32,000 nucleotides of DNA from Aeropyrum pernix K1 (GTDB lineage Archaea; Thermoproteota; Thermoprotei_A; Sulfolobales; Acidilobaceae): positions 660,001 through 692,000 of the forward strand of contig NC_000854.2 in assembly GCF_000011125.1 (NCBI RefSeq), written 5' to 3'. This document shows, piece by piece, positions 1 through 8,311 of the stretch. The position numbers were made by a program, and so were the translations under genes. Each line of letters starts with the position of its first letter. Position 1 is the first letter of the stretch. The notes below the pieces were generated by a model. It was not told where the DNA came from. It made no database searches and worked only from the letters and a program-made list of their open reading frames with translations.

Positions 1-519
1 ATTTGCCTGACCTGCTATTCCTTCGCTAACTACTGTCGGTACAGATATTACTCCGCTCTTCTCGAAGTAAAGCTTTACAAGTATATTGTCTCCGGGACCT
101 ATGTCTCCCTCGGTCAGGCTACACGTGGTCCCGTTCAGAATTATAGCTCCTGTTGAAACGATTTCGGTCGTGTTGGCTTGTATAGTAAAGGGTAGTACGT
201 TGCCTAGGTTATTCTCGTCTAAAACACACGTCTTATTGTTACCAGATATCTCAATCCTAATAAGAGTATCACTACTACCACCGCTGTTGTTTATGTATAA
301 TTTAGCCTCTATTTCATCGTTGTCTGTATTGTTTATCGTTTCGTAGACGACTTTTGCTGCTGATACTTGTATTTGTGGGCTTCCTGTTGCGAAGCTTCCC
401 CATAGGCCGAATAGCCATCCTGCTACTGCTATGCTTATGGCTATCGCGACCGCCACTATTATTACCGTGGCTATAACCGGCGAAATACCCCTCCTGAGCC
501 TCACTTCTGGTTTCACCAC
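1..519 (-). CDS. Archaeal type IV pilin-like surface protein with class III signal peptide (partial; 3' end runs off the left edge)
   Basis: My own reverse-strand translation from GTG at 519 (or 516) gives VVKPEVRLRRG-ISPVIATVIIVAVAIAISIAVAGWLFG... and stays open to position 1 (about 172 codons, no stop). A short basic leader, then G/ISPVIAT, then a ~20-aa hydrophobic helix matches the archaeal Pilin_N/class III signal pattern. The mature part carries N-x-S/T sequons (NNT, NNS, NKT, NTT, NGT). It is absent from the supplied ORF track because it has no in-window stop. Confidence 0.7.
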   Translation of the reverse strand, partial: MVKPEVRLRRGISPVIATVIIVAVAIAISIAVAGWLFGLWGSFATGSPQIQVSAAKVVYETINNTDNDEIEAKLYINNSGGSSDTLIRIEISGNNKTCVLDENNLGNVLPFTIQANTTEIVSTGAIILNGTTCSLTEGDIGPGDNILVKLYFEKSGVISVPTVVSEGIAGQAN

Positions 520-660
520 CTCTTCTTGTGTCTGTTTATGGTTTTTAGTGTTTGGTCTTGTTAAAACGGTTTTGATAGTAATACTGTGTTATGGGTTGGC
601 CGGGTGTTTAGCTTTATGGTATTAAATTATTATTACTTTACCCCTGACTCTTTTAAGGGT

Positions 661-1542
661 TTAGGGCGGGCTGGCCTGGAACACCCTCTCCACCAGGTCT
701 ATGTTCGTCCTGCGGACCCACTCTCGAGTCTCGGGTGTTCTGGAGGCTATTTCTCTGAGCTTCTGTGCCATCTTCCAGGGTTCTACGACTGCGCCGGGCC
801 TGGCGGGGTCGTCTAGGTAGTCGCTCTCCACCATGTAGTCTGGCGGCTCGTTTGCGGCGGCGTGCTCGAGGAGCTTTGGGACCCCGGGTATGGTGGCGTT
901 GTAGCCCCTCGCCACCGCCTCCTTGGCTACCCTGAGGGTTGCGTGGTGGAAGATCACCATGCCCCTCCTAGCCCCTGTGGCACCGGCCCTCCGGAGTATC
1001 CTGTCCACGGTCTCCACCGTGGCGGGCCCCTCGTTCTCCAGGTGGAGCTGGAGTAGGCAGCCCTCCTCTAGTGCGGCTGCTGCGGCCTCCTCCAATACCA
1101 CTTCAGCTATGGCCACTCTCAGGGGGCTCGTCCGGTAGTGCTGCCTCCCCACCTCCCCCACACCGTCTATAGCCCCCTCCCTGCAGAGCCTCCTGAGGAC
1201 CTCCACCGCCTCCAGCGCGGTCTCGAGGGCCTTCTCCGGGGGCTGGCGGTGCTTGTCTATCATCCTGTCAACCTCCGCGGGGTGGATGCCGGCGAAGCAC
1301 GCCACCCTCAGCCCCTCCTCACGGGCGGCCCTGCACTCCCGCAGGTGTATCTCGTACATCCTCCTGTAGGCCTCTACCCCTGTTGGGGCGAGGCCGTAGC
1401 TCCAGGTTGTGAGGGTTAGGAGGGCGGCGAACCAGCCCCCCTCCCTCCTGAACCTCCTCGCAACCTCCCTCGCGCCCAGCCCCCTGGTGGGGTTTGTGTG
1501 CATGTGGGCGTCCGCCACCAGTATATCCGCGGCCAAGTCCAC
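661..1542 (-). CDS. TatD-family metal-dependent hydrolase
   Basis: 293-aa ORF with an N-terminal H-x-H metal motif (VADAHMHTNP) and a length typical of TatD-like amidohydrolase-fold proteins. The GTG start directly abuts the leuS stop. Confidence 0.6.
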   Translation of the reverse strand: MDLAADILVADAHMHTNPTRGLGAREVARRFRREGGWFAALLTLTTWSYGLAPTGVEAYRRMYEIHLRECRAAREEGLRVACFAGIHPAEVDRMIDKHRQPPEKALETALEAVEVLRRLCREGAIDGVGEVGRQHYRTSPLRVAIAEVVLEEAAAAALEEGCLLQLHLENEGPATVETVDRILRRAGATGARRGMVIFHHATLRVAKEAVARGYNATIPGVPKLLEHAAANEPPDYMVESDYLDDPARPGAVVEPWKMAQKLREIASRTPETREWVRRTNIDLVERVFQASPP

Positions 1543-4455
1543 CTAGCCTCCTCTCTTCTCCGCGTAGAGTGCGGGCCTGCCTGGGAGGGCGTTGGCCCTC
1601 CTGGGGCTTCCGCCATCCTCCTCCGTCTCAACCACCACCTTAACACCCAGCTCCTCCTGGAGTAGCTGGGCAGCGTCCCTCAGGGCCTCCAGCTCCACGC
1701 TCCTGGGTGCGGCTCTCCTGAGGACCTCGGGCGCCCTTGACAGCTGTTGGACGAGCCTCGCGGCCTCCCTCTTGTCGACGCCCTCCACCTTGAACGCCTC
1801 TCTGAGGGCCTCCTTCATGCTGGCGCCCCTCTCCCTCGCCCTCCTGACGGCCTCGACAGCCCGGTACTTCCACTCAGCCGCAACTGTGACGACTAGGGTG
1901 TCGGCCCCGCCTATGAGGCTGAGGACCTCCCTGGCGTCCTCCAGCACCGCCTGCACAGTCTCCTCCGCCGCCTCCACCTCGGGGCTTATCTTCGACTCGT
2001 CGGGCTCCGGCCAGGATGCTGTGGAGGCGAAGCCCTCCCTGCCCATGGCCTCCCACGCCTCCTCGGCGGTGTGGGGGGCGAAGGGGGCTATGAGTAGGGT
2101 CTGGACCTCTATGAACCTCCGGAGGAGGTCCTCCCTGGGCTCGCCGCCCGACCTCCTGAGGTACCACCTGTAGCTCTCCTGCAGCTTGTACCACGCCTCC
2201 ACGAGGGCGGTCTTGAAGTTGGCCTCCTCCATCAGCCTGGTAACCCTTGCTATTGTGGAGTTGAGCCTGCTTTCGAACCACCTGTCCACCCACCTCTCCT
2301 CCCTCCTCGCAGGCCTCCCGTAGTTCTCCCTGACGAAGTCCAGCCACTGGCTTAGGAGGGATACTGCGCTGTCGGCCACGCTGGGCTCGAAGTTGGCGTC
2401 GTCGAGCCCCGAGTCGGCGCCCGCGAGGACCTCGGCCCACCTGGTGGCGTCGGCGCCCCACCAGTCTAGGGCCTGCCTTAGGAGGATGAAGTTGCCCTTG
2501 GACTTGCTCATCTTCTCCCCCGCCACCAGGACCCAGCCGTTCACCCCTATGGCCCTGGGCCACAGCTCCCTGGGGAATATGGCTGTGTGGTGGAATATGA
2601 AGAAGACTAGGTGGTTTGGTATGAGGTCCTTGCCGCTTATTCTCATGTCCAGGGGGTACCAGTATAGGAACTCTCTCCTCATCTCCTCCAGCAGCCCCTG
2701 GGGTATGCCGCTCCTCCTGGACACCTCCCCGGGGTCGCCCGCGCCTAGGAAGACGTAGTCGAATACCTCCGGCGTCAGCATCTCAGGCTCCACGCCGTAC
2801 TTCTCGGGGTGCTGGGTGTACTTGGCTATGGTGTAGTACGCCATGTATATTGTGGAGTCGCTCAGGCTCTCTATAACCCACTCCCTATCCCAGGGGAGGG
2901 GGGTGCCGAGCTCGCCCTTGTGGGTGAACGCCCAGTCCCTCAGCGCCTCTATGATAGCCTCGAAATCCCTCCTCACGTGTCCGGGCAGGAACTCCATCCT
3001 CGCCACCGCCTCCCTCGCCAGCGCCTTCCACTCTGGCTTGCTGTAGAGGAGGAACCACTGGTCCTCAACGATCTTCACGTGCGTCCTGGCCCCGCACCTG
3101 CAGTAAACCTCCTGGGGGAGGGTGTAGATCCTGAGGGCGGCCCCTCTCTCCTCCAGCCACTCCACAACCTTCTCCTTAGCCTCGGCCACCTTCAACCCGC
3201 TGAACCTGCCCGTAGTCTCGAGCATTATACCCTCGTAGAACTCCCTCGCATAAACCTCCCTCGTTGCCTCGTCCAGCTTCTCCCTATCCATCTGGCTCTC
3301 CACACCCCTCCTCCTAACCTCCTCAACAACCAGAAGCCCCTCGGCCCGGGGGACGGCTATCAGCTGTATAGGCTCCAGAGACTCAACAACCCCCGGCTCC
3401 AGCCCATACTCCCTCAGAGTCTCCGGCCTCCTCTTCAGCTCCATGAGGGCGACGTAGTCGTAGGGGGCGTGGGCGGGGACGCTCATTACAACCCCCGTGC
3501 CCAGGTCGGGCCTCACGAAGCTCGCCGGCAGCACGGGCACCTCCCTGCCGTCCGCGGGGTTGACCACTATCCTGCCCAGCAGTCTCCTGCCCTCGATCCT
3601 CTCGAGGATGACCACCCTGTGGCCCTGGTCAGCCAGCTCCCTGGCAGCCTGCTCCCCTATGATCCACCTCTCCTCCCCGTCCACCTCCGCCACGAGGTAG
3701 GTGGCGTCTGGGTGGACCCAGAGGTTGGTGACGCCGAAGACTGTCTCGGGCCTGTAGGTTAGGGCGGGGTATACTAGGCCGTCCCTGCCCCTGAACTTTA
3801 TGATAACCGCCTCCTGCGGGCTTATCCCCGCGTACTCGTCAGGCCTGTCGTGGTCCCCCACCACCTTCTGCTCCTTGGGGCACCACACCACCGGGTGGCG
3901 GCCCTTGCCTACAAACCCCTTCTCCCTGAGCTTCAGGTACTGCCACTCTATGAACCTGGAGTAGGCGGGGTTGAGGCTGGTGGTGTAGAACTCCCTCCTC
4001 CAGTCTATGCTCATCCCGTACCTCTCCAGGTCCCTCCTCCAGGCTTTCGTGAAGAACTCGACCCAGTACCTGGGGTCCCTGAACCTCGGTATATCCTCCT
4101 CGGGTATGCCCATGTCCCTCAGCGTCTTGATTATCCTGGGGTCGCCCTCCCTCACCCTGAGGGCGGAGCTCACTATTGGGCCTCCGGTGGCGTGCCACCC
4201 CTGGGGGAAGAGGACGTTGTAGCCCCTCATCCTCTTGTACCTGGCCATAATGTCTACCCTGAGGATGGTGAACGCGCTCCCCAGGTGTGGGTAGGCGTTG
4301 ACGTAGGGGTAGGGGAAGGTTATGAAGAACTTCCTCCTCCCCGGCTGGGGGTCGGCCTCGAACAGCCTGGCCTCGCGCCACCTCTCCTGCCACTTCTCCT
4401 CCACGGCCTTTAGCCTCTCCACAGCCTCCCTAGGCGCCCTGGGCCTTATCTCCAA
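1543..4455 (-). CDS. leuS: Leucyl-tRNA synthetase (archaeal type)
   Basis: 970 aa. Class I signature PYPYVNAYPHLGSAF (HIGH-type) and KMSKSKGN (KMSKS). Size and N-terminus are typical of archaeal LeuRS. Confidence 0.95.
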   Translation of the reverse strand: MEIRPRAPREAVERLKAVEEKWQERWREARLFEADPQPGRRKFFITFPYPYVNAYPHLGSAFTILRVDIMARYKRMRGYNVLFPQGWHATGGPIVSSALRVREGDPRIIKTLRDMGIPEEDIPRFRDPRYWVEFFTKAWRRDLERYGMSIDWRREFYTTSLNPAYSRFIEWQYLKLREKGFVGKGRHPVVWCPKEQKVVGDHDRPDEYAGISPQEAVIIKFRGRDGLVYPALTYRPETVFGVTNLWVHPDATYLVAEVDGEERWIIGEQAARELADQGHRVVILERIEGRRLLGRIVVNPADGREVPVLPASFVRPDLGTGVVMSVPAHAPYDYVALMELKRRPETLREYGLEPGVVESLEPIQLIAVPRAEGLLVVEEVRRRGVESQMDREKLDEATREVYAREFYEGIMLETTGRFSGLKVAEAKEKVVEWLEERGAALRIYTLPQEVYCRCGARTHVKIVEDQWFLLYSKPEWKALAREAVARMEFLPGHVRRDFEAIIEALRDWAFTHKGELGTPLPWDREWVIESLSDSTIYMAYYTIAKYTQHPEKYGVEPEMLTPEVFDYVFLGAGDPGEVSRRSGIPQGLLEEMRREFLYWYPLDMRISGKDLIPNHLVFFIFHHTAIFPRELWPRAIGVNGWVLVAGEKMSKSKGNFILLRQALDWWGADATRWAEVLAGADSGLDDANFEPSVADSAVSLLSQWLDFVRENYGRPARREERWVDRWFESRLNSTIARVTRLMEEANFKTALVEAWYKLQESYRWYLRRSGGEPREDLLRRFIEVQTLLIAPFAPHTAEEAWEAMGREGFASTASWPEPDESKISPEVEAAEETVQAVLEDAREVLSLIGGADTLVVTVAAEWKYRAVEAVRRARERGASMKEALREAFKVEGVDKREAARLVQQLSRAPEVLRRAAPRSVELEALRDAAQLLQEELGVKVVVETEEDGGSPRRANALPGRPALYAEKRGG

Positions 4456-4562
4456 AACCCTGCACCCGGCCCTGGTGATAGTGGTGCTGCCGGGTAGTTA
4501 TCCCTTAGGCTGCCGCCGGATAAATCCCCCCGGCGCCCACTATAGTTCTATGGTGCGATGTT

Positions 4563-5474
4563 TTGGCTAAACCTAAGGTTATAGTACCCATGGTAACCCC
4601 CCTCAGGGGCGGCTCCGTTGACAAGAACGCCGCCTCCTGGCTCGCCTCCAGGCTGTCCGAGAGCGGTGTAGACGGGGTCTTCGTCCCGGGCACCACGGGC
4701 GAGTGGTACCTCCTCGACCCCCACGAGAGGGCTGAGGCGTTCTTCGCAGTAGCCTCTAGCGCCATAGCGGGGCTCAGGCTCGTGGCGGGCGTCTCGGGCT
4801 ACAGGCCTGAGGAGTCCTACAGGCTCGCCGAGGAGGCGGCGGGCCACGGGGCCCACGCGGTGATGGCCGTGCCCCCCATCTACTTCAGGCCCTCGACAGA
4901 CTTCCTGAGGGAGTTCTACGGCGAGATCAAGAGGAGGGCCGGAGGGCTGCCAACATACATCTACATTTTCCCCGAGAGGATGGGCTACACCCTAGCAGTC
5001 GAGCAGGTGGAGAGCCTGGTGGAGGCGGGTGTGGTTGACGGGATCAAGGCGACTGTGACCGACGCAGCCTACATAGCAGGCCTAGCCGCCGTTAAGGAGA
5101 GGAACCCCGAGTTCGAGGTCCTCGCCGGCGGCCTGGAGATGCTGGTGCACACCTCGCTCTCCGGGGGCGACGGCGTTGTGGACGCCTACTCCAACGTAGC
5201 CCCCAAGCTGGCCGTCGAGCTGGCGGAGAGCCTAGAGAAGGGGAGCGTTGAGAGGGTAGCGGGGCTCCAGGGGAGGGTGCTCAAGCTCTCGCGAATACTA
5301 GGGAAGAGGAGCCTCCCCGCCGTCCTCAAGGCAGTGCTCCACGTGCTGGGCGCCCCCATCACGGGGGAGGTCAGGAAGCCCCTCAAACCCCTGACCCAGC
5401 CAGAGGCTAACGCCACGGCCAACGCCCTCTGCACCAGCTACAGGGACTATCTTCTCCCCGGTCTAGAATGCTAA
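4563..5474 (+). CDS. DapA/KdgA-family class I (Schiff-base) aldolase
   Basis: 303 aa with a TTG start. It has the GTTGE motif (FVPGTTGEW) and a candidate Schiff-base lysine in VDGIKATVTD. The N-terminus VIVPMVTPL matches the DHDPS/KDG-aldolase pattern. Confidence 0.7.
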   Translation: MAKPKVIVPMVTPLRGGSVDKNAASWLASRLSESGVDGVFVPGTTGEWYLLDPHERAEAFFAVASSAIAGLRLVAGVSGYRPEESYRLAEEAAGHGAHAVMAVPPIYFRPSTDFLREFYGEIKRRAGGLPTYIYIFPERMGYTLAVEQVESLVEAGVVDGIKATVTDAAYIAGLAAVKERNPEFEVLAGGLEMLVHTSLSGGDGVVDAYSNVAPKLAVELAESLEKGSVERVAGLQGRVLKLSRILGKRSLPAVLKAVLHVLGAPITGEVRKPLKPLTQPEANATANALCTSYRDYLLPGLEC

Positions 5475-5526
5475 AAACCCCCACAAACCGCTCCCGGCGG
5501 CTCCGGGGCTGTGAGGGTGTCTCCCG

Positions 5527-6162
5527 TTGGCAGCCCTGCTAAGGCTCGAGAATGTGTGGAAGATGCTGGGGGGGCGTTGGGTGCTCCGGGGGGTTAGCCT
5601 GGCCCTCGGGCCCGGTGAGGCTGTGGTAGTCTCTGGGGCCAACGGCTCGGGGAAGACTACTCTCCTTAGGCTCTCTGCGGGGCTTGCCGAGCCCTCCCGG
5701 GGTAGGGTGAGCTGGGGCTGCCCCCGGGGGCCGCGGGGGTGTGTGGGGTATGTGGGCCACACCCCCATGGTGTACGGCGACCTCACGGTGTGGGAGAACG
5801 TGGAGTTCTTCTCCTCCCTCCACGGCGGAAGCCTGGGCGACTACCCCCTGGCGGCTGAGGCGTGGAGGCTGCTGGGGCTCGAGAAGTACGGTAGCCACCT
5901 GGCGTCGCAGCTCAGCTTCGGCTGGCGTAGGAGGCTCGACGTGGTTAGAGCCCTGCTGGGCGAGCCTAGGCTGCTCCTGCTGGACGAGGCTTTCACAGGC
6001 CTGGACCAGGGGGCTTCCGAAGCCCTCTCCAGGCTCCTCAGACTCGCCCTTGGGGAGGGGCTGGCCCTCCTGATGACAACCCCCCTCCTGGAGCCCCGCT
6101 ACCTGGGGCTGGCGTCGAGGGTCTACACCCTCCAGGACGGGCTGCTGGCCGAGGCTTCCTAG
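5527..6162 (+). CDS. ABC transporter ATP-binding protein (small CcmA-like exporter ATPase)
   Basis: Walker A GANGSGKT and Walker B LLLLDEAFTGLD. The signature motif is degenerate: LSFGW instead of LSGGQ. 211 aa with no fused TM domain. Confidence 0.8.
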   Translation: MAALLRLENVWKMLGGRWVLRGVSLALGPGEAVVVSGANGSGKTTLLRLSAGLAEPSRGRVSWGCPRGPRGCVGYVGHTPMVYGDLTVWENVEFFSSLHGGSLGDYPLAAEAWRLLGLEKYGSHLASQLSFGWRRRLDVVRALLGEPRLLLLDEAFTGLDQGASEALSRLLRLALGEGLALLMTTPLLEPRYLGLASRVYTLQDGLLAEAS

Positions 6163-6179
6163 AGGGGAGGTGGCCTCCC

Positions 6180-6842
6180 GTGCCTAGGGCTTTCCTGTGG
6201 CTGGTTAGGAAGGAGGCTCTGCTGGCGGCGAGGAACCCCGTTCTCCTGGCTACCCAGGCGCTCTTCACCCTGGCCATCGCCGTCGCGGCGGGGGCTGTGG
6301 AGCACAGCAGCCTCCTGGGGCCAGGCTTCAGCCTCCCCCCGATGCTGGCTGCCCTCATGCTGTTCCAGGCGGCGTTCACAGCCTACACCTCCTACATAAG
6401 GGAGGCTGAGTGGGGTACTCTTGAGGCGCTGAGGACCTCGCCCGTAGACCCTGGGCTGGTCTATCTGGCGAAGACCCTCTACTCCGCGGCCTCCATATTC
6501 CTGACGACCCTGGCGTTCCTCCCGGTGTACGCCGTGCTCGCCTCCCCCCCGATACCCCTATGGGGCTACCTCATGCTGGGGGAGTGGATACTCCTCTCCT
6601 CCCTCCTACTAGGGGGCGTTGCCAGCCTCTCCTCGGCCATGCTCTCCTACAGCAGGAACCAGGCCTTACTGACCCCCACGATACTGGCTGTCGTCTCGGC
6701 CCCCTACATGAGGGTGGCCTCCAGGCCCCTCGCCGACCTGGGGGCGGGGCTGGAGCCCGCTGGGGGGTGGTGGGCCGTGCTCGCGGCCCAGGCTATAGGG
6801 TTCGCCCTGGTGGGATACACGCTCTCCAGGCAGCTCTCCTAG
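6180..6842 (+). CDS. ABC exporter permease, CcmB/ABC-2-like (about 6 TM)
   Basis: 220-aa hydrophobic protein immediately downstream of the ATPase. A GGAGGTGG SD-like sequence sits about 8 nt before the GTG start. The segment REAEWGTLEALRTSPV resembles the CcmB-type E..G(S/T)LE.L loop as I recall it. Confidence 0.55.
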   Translation: MPRAFLWLVRKEALLAARNPVLLATQALFTLAIAVAAGAVEHSSLLGPGFSLPPMLAALMLFQAAFTAYTSYIREAEWGTLEALRTSPVDPGLVYLAKTLYSAASIFLTTLAFLPVYAVLASPPIPLWGYLMLGEWILLSSLLLGGVASLSSAMLSYSRNQALLTPTILAVVSAPYMRVASRPLADLGAGLEPAGGWWAVLAAQAIGFALVGYTLSRQLS

Positions 6843-8311
6843 TCGAAGTCGACCACCTTGACCGCCTCTCTGCCCTCCAGCCTCCTCACGCTCATGTACC
6901 TGTAGCTTATCCTCTTGAGGTAGGGGTTGTGGCCCTGTATGATGACGGTGTGGAGCCTGGCGTCTGACCTCTTGAGGCTGTCCTCAACCACGTCGATGTT
7001 AAGCCTGTCCTCCCCATCCGTGATCAGCACGATATCGCTTATCCTCTGCTCCCCCCGGGGGGTTCTGGAGATGTCGTCAGCCGCCGTCTTTATGGCCGCG
7101 GTTATGTCCGTACCGCCCCCCGCCTTCACCGCGGCCAGGTACTTGACGAGCTCCAGGAAGTCCCTCGGCTTGCTCCTGGGCCTGAGGTGTATCGCCGGGT
7201 AGGTTACGCTGTCGAAGAACCTGGCGGAGAACCTCCTGTTCTCGGCCAGGCTCCTCCTGAAGAGGGCCACAGCCACCGCCCTAGCCCAGTCTATCTTCGC
7301 CCCCACCATGCTGCCGCTCTTGTCCAGGAGCACGTATATCGGCCCCCTGCTCGAGTCGAGGACCTTCCTGTAGAGGAGAAGCTTGGAGCTGGAGAAGCTG
7401 GCCCAGAAGTACTCGTCGGGGAGTATCAGCTGGGAGTAGTGTATCCTCTCCAGGTCGCTCCCGTACTCGAGCCCGTCGAACCATCCCTTCGGGCTCCTAG
7501 TCTCCCTCCTGCTCCTCCTCCTCATGATCTCCCTTATGCCCTGGACGTTCTCCAGCACCCTGCTGACGTCGGTCTCCCGGGCTATCCTGAGTATGAACTC
7601 TATGTTCTCGTCGAACGCCAGCACACTCGTATCCCCAGCCCCCATCATGGAGAGAAGCTGCTTCACGTTCTTAGCCGCCCTAGCATCCTTCTCCACAGAC
7701 TCCAGAGCCTTTTCAACAGCCTCCCTCAGCTTCTCCTCGTCAAACTCGCCGCCCGGCTCACCCTCGCCCTGGCCACCCTGGTTCTCCCCCTCCTTCTCCT
7801 CCCTATCCCTACTCCTCCCCCTCTGCGGCCTCTGCAGCCTCGAGAGGAGCCTGGCGAGCCTCTCCACGAAGCTCGCGGCAGCCACAACACTCGTAAGGCT
7901 ATCCGCCGTGGTGTAGGGCTTAGCCCTCCAGAGGTTGGGGCTCATGAGCAGGCTCTCCAGAACCCTCCTCCGGAAGAGAGCCTCCTCACCCCCCTCCAAG
8001 GGGGGCTCCTCCTCCAGCGAGGGCACGGGGTAGTAGAAAGTGTAGAACACGTCGACAGCCAGCTCGGGCGTGATTATCTCCGGTATACCGGAGATGTTCA
8101 GCTTCCTGGCGGTGGACAGGATCTTCTGGCCCCTGTACAGCTTGACCTCGTCTATAACCCCCACTCCCCTTATCAGGCTCCTCCTCACCTTCTCCACGCC
8201 ACCCTCCTCTCCAGACCCATTATCGGGCAAGAACCGCTCACCCCAACCCCCGGGGGCCTTGGGGGGTTTACATGTTGAGCTTTGCCATGATCTCCTCGAG
8301 GAGGAGGTCAA
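6839..8311 (-). CDS. VWA (von Willebrand factor A) domain protein, ViaA/CoxE-like partner of the upstream MoxR ATPase
   Basis: The C-terminal VWA domain has a complete MIDAS: YVLLDKSGSM (DxSxS), GGGTDI and ITDGED. An acidic low-complexity linker is present (RDREEKEGENQGGQGEGEPGGEFDEE). The maximal ORF overlaps the MoxR stop (8268) by 44 nt. More likely starts are TTG 8230 (preceded by GGGGTGAG) or GTG 8197. Confidence 0.8.
   Translation of the reverse strand: MTSSSRRSWQSSTCKPPKAPGGWGERFLPDNGSGEEGGVEKVRRSLIRGVGVIDEVKLYRGQKILSTARKLNISGIPEIITPELAVDVFYTFYYPVPSLEEEPPLEGGEEALFRRRVLESLLMSPNLWRAKPYTTADSLTSVVAAASFVERLARLLSRLQRPQRGRSRDREEKEGENQGGQGEGEPGGEFDEEKLREAVEKALESVEKDARAAKNVKQLLSMMGAGDTSVLAFDENIEFILRIARETDVSRVLENVQGIREIMRRRSRRETRSPKGWFDGLEYGSDLERIHYSQLILPDEYFWASFSSSKLLLYRKVLDSSRGPIYVLLDKSGSMVGAKIDWARAVAVALFRRSLAENRRFSARFFDSVTYPAIHLRPRSKPRDFLELVKYLAAVKAGGGTDITAAIKTAADDISRTPRGEQRISDIVLITDGEDRLNIDVVEDSLKRSDARLHTVIIQGHNPYLKRISYRYMSVRRLEGREAVKVVDFD

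Noticed and set aside
86-816. Plus-strand track ORFs 86..346, 431..625 and 586..816 at the AT-rich left edge.
   Set aside because: The first two are antisense to the pilin-like frame or span its promoter. The third runs antisense into the TatD 3' end. None has a recognisable feature.
1592-4413. Many long ORFs inside or antisense to leuS (for example 1592..2173+, 1874..2563-, 2809..3762+, 3839..4393-, 3850..4413+).
   Set aside because: They are R/G/P/A-rich low-complexity translations nested entirely within a gene with unambiguous LeuRS motifs. These are typical shadow ORFs of GC-rich DNA.
6839-6842. The convergent permease and VWA genes share the palindrome CTAG as overlapping stop codons (TAG on both strands).
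   Set aside because: It is real but most simply a consequence of genome compaction, and it suggests no function.
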